Origin: a virus
Taxonomy: Duplodnaviria > Heunggongvirae > Uroviricota > Caudoviricetes
Direction: 5' to 3' (one strand)
DNA: 24,146 nucleotides
Virus record (IMG/VR): IMGVR_UViG_2698536506_000006
Shown here piece by piece: positions 16,587 through 24,146 of this stretch; the stretch's first letter is position 1, and each line of letters starts with the position of its first letter. Under the pieces are notes generated by a model, which did not search any database, was not told the origin of the DNA, and worked only from the letters and a program-made list of their open reading frames with translations. The translations under genes and the position numbers were made by a program.

Positions 16587-19403
16587 ATGAGCCTGAGTCC
16601 CGCACGGCAGCATCGCCTGCGCGTTCAGGCTGAACAGGCCGCCCGCGAGGGCGGCAGTGTTCGCCACGCATCGGGCTATGACCTGATGCTGCTGCAACTG
16701 GCGGAAGACCGCCGCCGTCTCAAGGGCGTTCAGTCCACGGTCAAAAAAGCGGAAATCAAGGTGGAGCTGCTGCCGAAGTACGCCGCCTGGGCAGAGGGTG
16801 TCCTGGCTGCCGGAGGCGCTCAACAGGATGACGTGCTGATGTACGTGATGCTGTGGCGCATTGATGCCGGAGATTATGCCGGGGCGCTGGAGATCGGGCG
16901 TCACGCCCTGCGTCATGGCTGGGTGATGCCGTTGGGTAACCGCAACGTGCAGACCGTGCTGGCAGAGGAAATGGCAGACGCGGCGCAGAGCGCAATGCTT
17001 GCCGCCACCGGCTTTGATGCTGATCTGTTGCTGCAGACGCTGGAGCTGACAGACGGTCTGGATATGCCGGACCAGTCACGGGCACGTCTGCATAAAGCGA
17101 TTGGCGCTGTCTGGACCGACGGCATTGGTAATACGTCAGGCGTCATTCCCGGCAAAACCATTACGGAGCGACAGGCAGCAGAAGGGCTGATCTCCAACGT
17201 GCTGCGTGTCGAGCGGGCGCTGGAAAGGTGTGTGAAGCAACAGCCGCCGCAGAAGGTGTATGACGCTGCGGTGTCGTTTGCCTTCAACGTGGGAACGGGC
17301 AATGCCTGCAGTTCCACGCTGGTGAAATTACTCAATCAGCGGCGCTGGGCAGATGCGTGCCGACAGTTGCCGCGCTGGGTTTATGTGAAAGGTGTTTTTA
17401 ATCAGGGGCTGGATAACAGGCCAACCGCCGCGCAGGCAAAGTTATTCAGTCAGGCCAAAACACGAGTACAGGAACTTCAGCAGACTTATAACGGCTTGTT
17501 GGGGGCGGTCCAGAGACAACGTCAGGCACTTAAAGAATCAGGGATTGATACCAGACAACTCAGTAGTGCCCAGCGAGAACTTAAAAAAAATGCTGAAGAA
17601 ACAAGGCAGGCACTGGAGGGCCAGCAAAAAGCACTTAAACGTCTGGGTGAACAACAGGCACGGATGAACGCTGCCAGAGAACAATACTCAAGACGGCTTG
17701 AAGTGCGCGATCGCATCGCAGGAGCCGGAGCCACTACCACGGCTGCAGGGCTGGCAATGGGTGCGCCAGTGATGGCGGCAGTAAAAAGCTATACCAGCAT
17801 GGAAGATGCCATGAAAGGTGTGGCAAAGCAGGTCAATGGTCTGCGTGACGATAATGGCAACCGCACTGCACGTTTTTATGAAATGCAGGATGCCATCAAG
17901 GCTGCCAGCGAACAGTTGCCGATGGAAAACGGTGCGGTGGACTTCGCTGCACTGGTTGAAGGTGGTGCGCGCATGAACGTCGCAAACCCTGACGACAGCT
18001 GGAAAGACCAGAAACGTGACCTGCTGGCCTTCGCCAGTACGGCAGCAAAGGCGGCAACAGCCTTTGAGCTGCCAGCGGATGAACTGTCAGAAAGTCTGGG
18101 GAAAATCGCCCAGCTCTACAAAATACCTACGGCAGCAGTAACTCGAACCAGCAGCGCGTTGTCCTGGCTGGCTGGCGCACCACTGGCACTGCTGCGACGC
18201 GGGCTTGCTTCATCGGGCAACGCAGCGGGTTTACTTACTGCGCCGTTGTCGTCTTTGCGCCGCACGGCATCACTGACGGGGAATGTCCTGAAAACTGTAG
18301 CAGGTGTGCCGGTTGCACTGTTGCGGTCTGGATTATCCGGTTTACGTGCTGTTGCTGTGATGTTTATGAATCCACTGGCAGCACTACGCGGTGGACTGGC
18401 TGCCGCAGGCGCGGTGCTGCGAGTGCTGGCATCCGGTCCGCTGGCGATGCTGCGCGTTGCTCTGTATGCCGTATCTGGTCTGTTAGGTGCTCTGCTCAGT
18501 CCGATAGGTCTTGTGGTTACTGCACTGGCAGGCGTGGCGCTGGTTGTCTGGAAATACTGGCAACCCATCACCGCATTTCTCGGTGGCGTGGTGGAAGGAT
18601 TCAAAGCGGCGGCAGGTCCCATCAGTGCTGCATTCGAACCACTTAAGCCTGTGTTTCAGTGGATTGGCGACAAAGTGCAGGCGCTGTGGGGCTGGTTTAC
18701 TGATCTGCTGACGCCTGTTAAGTCGACCTCTGCCGAACTGCAGAGCGCAGCGGCAATGGGGCGACGATTCGGGGAGGCACTGGCGGAAGGGCTGAATATG
18801 GTCATGCATCCGCTGGACTCCCTGAAATCCGGCGTTTCCTGGTTGCTGGAGAAACTCGGCATTGTCAGTAAAGAGGCTGCAAAGGCGAAACTGCCGGAAA
18901 GCGTGACGCGTCAGCAACCTGCGACGGTGAATGCAGACGGTAAAGTGATGATGCCATCAGGTGGTTTTCCATCATGGGGATATGGTTTTGCGGGGATGTA
19001 TGACAGCGGTGGGTATATCCCGCGCGGGCAGTTTGGCATTGTCGGTGAAAACGGGCCTGAAATTGTCAACGGCCCGGCAAACGTGACCAGCCGGAGAAAT
19101 ACAGCTGCACTGGCTGCCGTTGTTGCCGGAATGATGGGTGTTGCTGCCGCGCCAGTAGAGCTTCCACCGTTGCACCCTTTGGCATTTCCCGCGAAAGGCG
19201 GTGAAGCGATGGTGAGTCGCGCAGCCACTGTGCCGCCCGTTCAACGGATTGAGGCACCGACGCAGATCATCATCCAGACGCAGCCAGGACAAAGTGCGCA
19301 GGATATTGCGCGGGAGGTGGCACGCCAGCTTGATGAACGTGAACGCAGGCTGAAGGCAAAAGCCAGGAGTAACTACAGCGATCAGGGGGGATACGACGCA
19401 TGA
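16587..19403 (+). CDS. Chimeric 938-aa ORF: gpM-like N-terminus (about aa 1-170), lysozyme-like C-terminal segment (about aa 175-280), then tail tape-measure protein gpT-like (about aa 290-938)
   Basis: N-terminus has gpM-like features (...AQQDDVLMYVMLWRIDAGDYAGALEIGRHALRHG...). Middle has GH24 phage-lysozyme C-terminal motifs (VYDAAVSFAFNVGTGNACSSTLVKLLNQRRWADACRQLPRWVY). The remainder is coiled-coil plus Ala/Leu/Gly-rich hydrophobic repeats typical of tape-measure proteins, ending just before gpU. Junctions approximately at nt 17080-17110 and 17400-17455. Confidence 0.7.
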   Translation: MSLSPARQHRLRVQAEQAAREGGSVRHASGYDLMLLQLAEDRRRLKGVQSTVKKAEIKVELLPKYAAWAEGVLAAGGAQQDDVLMYVMLWRIDAGDYAGALEIGRHALRHGWVMPLGNRNVQTVLAEEMADAAQSAMLAATGFDADLLLQTLELTDGLDMPDQSRARLHKAIGAVWTDGIGNTSGVIPGKTITERQAAEGLISNVLRVERALERCVKQQPPQKVYDAAVSFAFNVGTGNACSSTLVKLLNQRRWADACRQLPRWVYVKGVFNQGLDNRPTAAQAKLFSQAKTRVQELQQTYNGLLGAVQRQRQALKESGIDTRQLSSAQRELKKNAEETRQALEGQQKALKRLGEQQARMNAAREQYSRRLEVRDRIAGAGATTTAAGLAMGAPVMAAVKSYTSMEDAMKGVAKQVNGLRDDNGNRTARFYEMQDAIKAASEQLPMENGAVDFAALVEGGARMNVANPDDSWKDQKRDLLAFASTAAKAATAFELPADELSESLGKIAQLYKIPTAAVTRTSSALSWLAGAPLALLRRGLASSGNAAGLLTAPLSSLRRTASLTGNVLKTVAGVPVALLRSGLSGLRAVAVMFMNPLAALRGGLAAAGAVLRVLASGPLAMLRVALYAVSGLLGALLSPIGLVVTALAGVALVVWKYWQPITAFLGGVVEGFKAAAGPISAAFEPLKPVFQWIGDKVQALWGWFTDLLTPVKSTSAELQSAAAMGRRFGEALAEGLNMVMHPLDSLKSGVSWLLEKLGIVSKEAAKAKLPESVTRQQPATVNADGKVMMPSGGFPSWGYGFAGMYDSGGYIPRGQFGIVGENGPEIVNGPANVTSRRNTAALAAVVAGMMGVAAAPVELPPLHPLAFPAKGGEAMVSRAATVPPVQRIEAPTQIIIQTQPGQSAQDIAREVARQLDERERRLKAKARSNYSDQGGYDA

Positions 19404-19885
19404 TGATGGTGCTGGGATTGTACGTGTTTATGCTGCGCACCGTGCCGTATCAGGAACTGCAGTATCAACGCAGCTGGCGACATGCGGCTAACAACCGGGT
19501 AAATCGACGTCCGTCCACGCAGTTTCTGGGACCGGACAACGACATGCTGACACTTTCCGGTGTTCTTATGCCGGAGATAACAGGCGGCAGGCTGTCGTTG
19601 CTGGCACTGGAACAGATGGCAGAACAGGGGAAAGCATGGCCTCTGATTGAAGGCAGCGGCACGATTTACGGCATGTATGTGATTGAGGGACTGAATCAGA
19701 CTAAAACGGAGTTTTTCCGCGACGGTATGCCGCGCCGGATTGAGTTCACCCTGTCGCTCAAACGGGTGGATGAATCCCTGTCCGATATGTTCGGTGATCT
19801 CAGTTCGCAGCTGAATAATCTGCAGGACACGGCAACATCTGCATTAAGCGATATCAGTAAAACGGTGGGAGGGCTGCTGTCGTGA
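19400..19885 (+). CDS. U: Tail protein gpU-like
   Basis: 161 aa immediately after the tape-measure region with ATGA overlap; size and order as in P2 (T-U-D). Confidence 0.8.
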   Translation: MMMVLGLYVFMLRTVPYQELQYQRSWRHAANNRVNRRPSTQFLGPDNDMLTLSGVLMPEITGGRLSLLALEQMAEQGKAWPLIEGSGTIYGMYVIEGLNQTKTEFFRDGMPRRIEFTLSLKRVDESLSDMFGDLSSQLNNLQDTATSALSDISKTVGGLLS

Positions 19886-20982
19886 ATTTCAGCTCTGAAC
19901 TGCTTAACAAAGGCAACAAAACTCCCGCATTCAGCATCAGTATTGAGGGCAGGGATATCACCACTGTGCTGGACAACCGCCTGATGGGGCTTACGCTGAC
20001 GGACAATCGGGGCTTTGAAGCGGACCAGCTTGATCTGGAGCTGGACGACGCCGATGGAAAAATCGTGCTGCCGCGCCGTGGTGCGGTCATTACGCTGGCG
20101 CTGGGCTGGAAGGGGCAGCCGCTTTTCCCGAAAGGGGCATTCACGGTGGACGAGATTGAACACACTGGCGCACCGGACCGCCTGACTATCCGGGCGCGAA
20201 GTGCTGATTTTCGGGAAACGCTGAATACCCGCCGTGAAAAATCGTGGCACAAGACCACCGTCGGGGAAGTGGTGAAGGAAATAGCCTCGCGGCACAAGCT
20301 GAAGATGGCACTGGGTAAAGACCTGTCGGATAAGCTCGTAGAGCATATAGACCAGACTAATGAGAGTGACGGCAGTTTTCTGATGCGGCTGGCGCGACAG
20401 TACGGTGCCATCGCGTCGGTGAAAAATGGCAATCTGTTATTCATCCGGCAGGGGCAGGGCAAAAGCGCCACTGGTAAACCACTGCCGGTGATCACTATCA
20501 CACGCAAGGACGGCGACAGTCACCGCTTTACCCTGGCAGATCGCGGAGCCTACACGGGAGTAATTGCCAGCTGGTTGCATACCCGCGAACCCGCGAAGAA
20601 AGAAAGCACCACGGTGAAGCGTAAGCGCAGGACTAAGAAGCAGAAGAAAGAGCCGGAAGCGAAGCAGGGCGATTACCTGGTGGGTACGGATGAAAACGTG
20701 CTGGTACTTAATCGCACTTATGCCAACCGGAGCAACGCCGAACGAGCGGCGAAAATGCAGTGGGAACGCCTGCAACGCGGCGTTGCGTCATTCTCGTTAC
20801 AACTGGCGGAAGGGCGGGCAGATCTCTACACGGAAATGCCTGTGAAAGTCAGTGGCTTTAAACAGCCGATAGATGATGCGGAATGGACCATTACCACCCT
20901 GACGCATTCCGTTAGCCCGGATAACGGTTTTACGACCAGTCTTGAACTTGAAGTGAGGATTGATGATTTCGAAATGGAATGA
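19882..20982 (+). CDS. D: Tail protein gpD-like
   Basis: 366 aa following U with overlapping stop/start; order as in P2. Confidence 0.8.
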   Translation: MNFSSELLNKGNKTPAFSISIEGRDITTVLDNRLMGLTLTDNRGFEADQLDLELDDADGKIVLPRRGAVITLALGWKGQPLFPKGAFTVDEIEHTGAPDRLTIRARSADFRETLNTRREKSWHKTTVGEVVKEIASRHKLKMALGKDLSDKLVEHIDQTNESDGSFLMRLARQYGAIASVKNGNLLFIRQGQGKSATGKPLPVITITRKDGDSHRFTLADRGAYTGVIASWLHTREPAKKESTTVKRKRRTKKQKKEPEAKQGDYLVGTDENVLVLNRTYANRSNAERAAKMQWERLQRGVASFSLQLAEGRADLYTEMPVKVSGFKQPIDDAEWTITTLTHSVSPDNGFTTSLELEVRIDDFEME

Positions 20983-21072
20983 TTCTTCGCAATGGAGAAC
21001 TTTTAAGTTTGCAAAATGGAATAATGCGGTATCATTATTGTGAATTTAGCAAAAATGGGGAGAACTCGAAAA

Positions 21073-21291
21073 ATGATGATTTGCCCACTGTGTGGAAGTG
21101 CCGCCCATACTCGCAGCAGTTTTCAGGTATCTTCATTGACCAAAGAGCGTTACAACCAGTGCCAGAACATTAACTGCAGCCATACTTTTGTTACCCATGA
21201 AACTTTTGTTCGTTCGATTGCAACGCCAAAAGAGTCAAATCCGGTTCAGCCGCATCCAATGAAATCAGGACAGGTGGCGCTCTCTCTTTGA
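21073..21291 (+). CDS. ogr: Ogr/B/Delta-family zinc-finger late transcription activator
   Basis: CPLCGSAAH...YNQCQNINCSHTF four-Cys zinc finger closely matching the P2 Ogr pattern (CPLC...H.CQN.NC). Rightmost phage gene, as in P2. Start ambiguous (21040 GTG, 21073 or 21076 ATG). Confidence 0.8.
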   Translation: MMICPLCGSAAHTRSSFQVSSLTKERYNQCQNINCSHTFVTHETFVRSIATPKESNPVQPHPMKSGQVALSL

Positions 21292-21370
21292 CGCTGCCGC
21301 CATTTTGTCGCCATCGTTAAAAAACAGTGCTTCTAACATCATGATTTTAAACAGCTTAAATTTCAGGCAA

Positions 21371-21414
21371 CAAAAAACCCATCAACCTTGAACCGAAATG
21401 GCGGGGTTGATGGG
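21371..21414 (-). terminator. Rho-independent terminator, probably for ybjL
   Basis: 10-bp stem CCCATCAACC / GGTTGATGGG (21378-21387 and 21405-21414); on the minus strand it is followed by TTTTTTG. About 110 nt downstream of the ybjL stop. Confidence 0.45.
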
Positions 21415-21526
21415 CTCCACAAAATGGGGACATCAAAGAAAAGCAGTGGCACTAATTAAGACTGATGCCCTGCGGAAAAGTTCTGCGGTTGTGCAAAAAA
21501 ATTTCATTTTCAGGGCAACTTCAGTT

Positions 21527-23212
21527 TTATCCTAATCCTGGCCATACCATGACGATGATTGTCCCTGCCAGCGTCAGCAGGACGTTGGCGATTGCATAGG
21601 TGCCCGCATAGCCCAGCGCCGGGATGTTACTGCGAGCTGTATCACTGATGATCTCCATTGCCGGCGCGCAGGTACGTGCGCCCATCATTGCGCCGAACAA
21701 CAGCGCGCGGTTCATTCGCAATACATAAGCACCGAACAAGAAACAGATAACCACGGGCACCAGACTGACAATCAATCCGGCAATCAACATCTGACCGCCA
21801 ATCGCGCCCAGGCCGTTATTAATACCGCTACCGGCGCTCAGACCAACGCCTGCCATAAACACCATCAAGCCGAACTCTTTCACCATGCTTAATGCACCCT
21901 GCGGAATGTAACCGAAGGTCGGGTGGTTAGCACGCATAAAGCCCAGCATAATTCCGGCGAATAACAACCCGGCAGCGTTCCCCATGCCGAAACTGAATGT
22001 GCTGAACTGGAAGGTGATCATCCCGATCATCAGCCCAATAACAAAGAAGGCGCAGAATGCCAGCAGGTCAGTGACCTGGCTGTGAATCGAGATAAAGCCG
22101 ATGCGATCGGCGATGGTTTTTACGCGGCGGGCATCGCCGCTGACTTGTAAAACGTCACCTTTGTTAAGCACGACGTTGTCATCTATCGGCATCTCAATCT
22201 GGCTACGAATGACGCGGTTAAGGAAGCAACCGTGATCGGTCAACTTCAGTTGTGCGAGACGTTTACCTACAGCGTTATGGTTTTTAACGACCACTTCTTC
22301 AGTGACGATACGCATGTCGAGAAGGTCACGATCGAAAACTTCTTTACCGTTACGGAAGCTGGGATCGAGTCGGGCATGGGCGTCGGGATAGCCTACCAAC
22401 GCTATTTCATCGCCCATTTGTAGCACGGCATCACCGTCTGGATTTGCCAGAATCCCGTTACGTCGAATACGTTCAATGTAGCAGCCGGTTTGTCGATAAA
22501 TACCCAGTTCACGCAGATTTTTGCCGTCGGTCCAGGCCACCAGTTCCGGGCCGACGCGATAGGCGCGGATCACCGGTAAATAAACCTTACGGTTGGCATC
22601 AGTGTCCAGGCCACGTTCGCGGGCGATTTGCTGGGCGCTGGTCTGTAAGTCCTGATGCTGCAATTTCGGCAAGTAACGCGCACCAACAATCAAACTCACC
22701 AGACCGATTAAATAGGTTAAGGCATACCCGAGGCTCAGATTATCCAGTGCCAGTGAGAGCTGCCTGCTTTCCATGCCGGAATGACGCAGTGTATCGCCAG
22801 CACCGACCAGAACCGGTGTCGACGTCATAGAGCCTGCTAACATACCGGCCGTCAGGCCAATATCCCAGCCAAACAGCTTACCTAACCCTAAGGCGATCAC
22901 CAGCGCACTGCCAACCATCACCAGTGCTAACATTAGGTAATTTTTCCCATCGCGAAAAAAAATGGAAAAAAAGTTCGGTCCGGCTTCGACCCCGACGCAG
23001 AAAATAAACAGCATAAAGCCAAGATTAAGCGCATCGGTGTTAATGCTGAAATGTTGTTGGCCTAATAACAGCGATACGACTAAAACGCCAATGGAATTAC
23101 CCAGTTGGATCGAACCAAGTCGTAACTTTCCGAGACATAGCCCAAGCGCGAGGACCACAAATAATAACAGAATGTAATTCCCATTTAACAATTCGGCGAC
23201 GTTTATATTCAC
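21527..23212 (-). CDS. ybjL: Putative transport protein YbjL (AAE-family transporter)
   Basis: 561 aa, multi-pass membrane protein recognised as E. coli YbjL by sequence and by the neighbouring ybjM and grxA. Confidence 0.9.
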
Positions 23213-23481
23213 GGAGGCTAACTTCTTGTTTACTAGTAAGCTGTTGAAAGAAATGGTAATTTACGATAATGTTTTTTACCAGAATTCAGGGCGCAGATTC
23301 ATTCAGCGCACCTAAACGATAGTAAAGTAACAATATATTTTACTAGTGTAATCACATTAGGTATCAACGGCTATATGAATTGCGTTGGCCTATATTAGCA
23401 TGGAATGCGAAGCGGCTTTATCTTACTGAACGCCACACTGGCGAAAAATGTGTTCGATAGACGCAGTGTCAGGAGGAACGA

Positions 23482-23859
23482 GTGAAACATAAACAACGTT
23501 GGGCGGGGGCAATCTGCTGTTTTGTCCTCTTCATTGTGGTGTGCCTTTTTCTGGCGACGCACATGAAAGGCGCTTTTCGGGCTGCCGGGCATCCTGAAAT
23601 CGGCTTGCTATTTTTCATTCTTCCTGGAGCAGTCGCCAGCTTCTTTTCACAGCGTAGAGAAGTCCTGAAACCTCTGTTTGGCGCAATGCTGGCGGCACCC
23701 TGTTCGATGCTCATTATGCGGCTGTTTTTTTCACCGACGCGCTCATTCTGGCAAGAGCTGGCATGGTTACTAAGCGCGGTGTTCTGGTGTGCGCTGGGGG
23801 CACTGTGTTTCTTATTTATCAGTAGTTTGTTTAAACCACAGCACAGAAAAAATCAGTAA
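23482..23859 (+). CDS. ybjM: Inner membrane protein YbjM
   Basis: 125-aa hydrophobic protein between ybjL and grxA, the conserved E. coli gene order. Confidence 0.8.
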   Translation: MKHKQRWAGAICCFVLFIVVCLFLATHMKGAFRAAGHPEIGLLFFILPGAVASFFSQRREVLKPLFGAMLAAPCSMLIMRLFFSPTRSFWQELAWLLSAVFWCALGALCFLFISSLFKPQHRKNQ

Positions 23860-23879
23860 AGCCCTCAACGCGAGGGCTT
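23859..23879. terminator. Bidirectional terminator hairpin between ybjM and grxA
   Basis: GCCCTC / GAGGGC stem with AACGC loop; T-rich flank on the minus strand. Confidence 0.5.
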
Positions 23880-23888
23880 GTCAGACGA

Positions 23889-24146
23889 TCAGGCGTCCAG
23901 ATTTTCTTTCACCCATGCAGCAAAATCGGTATAGCCGCCGATATGTTGCTGATCGACAAAAATCTGCGGCACGGTTTCTACGGGTTTACCTGCCTTTTGT
24001 TGTAGATCTTCTTTAGTGATCCCTTCCGCACGAATATCTACATACTGATACTGAAAATCATCGCGTTCATTGCTCAATTTCTCAGCCAGATCTTTTGCAC
24101 GCACACAGTAAGGGCAACCCGAACGACCAAAAATAACGGTTTGCAT
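23889..24146 (-). CDS. grxA: Glutaredoxin 1
   Basis: 85 aa with CPYC active site (GRSGCPYCVRAKDLA). ATG is at the last three bases of the window (24146-24144). Confidence 0.9.
   Translation of the reverse strand: MQTVIFGRSGCPYCVRAKDLAEKLSNERDDFQYQYVDIRAEGITKEDLQQKAGKPVETVPQIFVDQQHIGGYTDFAAWVKENLDA

Larger units (their letters stand above)
1..21370. mobile_element. P2/186-like prophage, right portion (int to ogr), apparently defective; left attachment site lies outside the window and the right boundary is approximate
   Basis: Contiguous phage gene set in P2/186 order (int, cI, apl, cII, dam, A, cos, Q, P, O, N, T, U, D, ogr) followed by host genes ybjL, ybjM, grxA. Boundary placed between the ogr stop (21291) and a minus-strand terminator at 21371-21414 assigned to ybjL. 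Confidence 0.8.

Noticed and set aside
18116-18917. Minus-strand ORFs of 168 and 144 aa
   Set aside because: Antisense within the tape-measure region; Ala/Pro/Arg/Ser-rich translations typical of reverse-frame artefacts.
19696-20507. Minus-strand ORFs of 216 and 217 aa
   Set aside because: Antisense to gpU and gpD, which are well supported by gene order and overlapping starts.
21292-21526. Search for a tRNA gene at the prophage-host junction
   Set aside because: No cloverleaf-like sequence or conserved tRNA motifs evident; the only structured element is a terminator-like hairpin.
1-24146. CRISPR arrays or other tandem repeat arrays
   Set aside because: No regularly spaced direct repeats seen; the repeat-like signal in the tape-measure region is coding-sequence periodicity.

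Overview
This window is the right-hand ~21.3 kb of a P2/186-like (peduovirus-type) prophage plus the flanking E. coli-type host genes ybjL, ybjM and grxA. The early region is 186-like: integrase, CI repressor, Apl/Cox, CII, a TraR-like zinc finger, Dam methyltransferase and replication initiator gpA. A candidate cos site follows, then an AT-rich cargo cassette that reads as a retron defence system: a putative msr/msd ncRNA, a retron-type reverse transcriptase, a Walker ATPase and an HNH nuclease (Type I-A / Septu-like architecture). The morphogenetic region (portal Q, terminase P, scaffold O, capsid N) is present, but the sequence then runs in one 938-aa ORF from a gpM-like N-terminus through a lysozyme-like segment into the tape-measure protein, so the head-completion, lysis, tail sheath/tube, baseplate and fibre genes are missing and the prophage looks defective. 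gpU, gpD and Ogr follow. A small Cys-rich secreted protein gene sits between cI and int. All calls are from reading the sequence and ORF track by eye; no searches were run.
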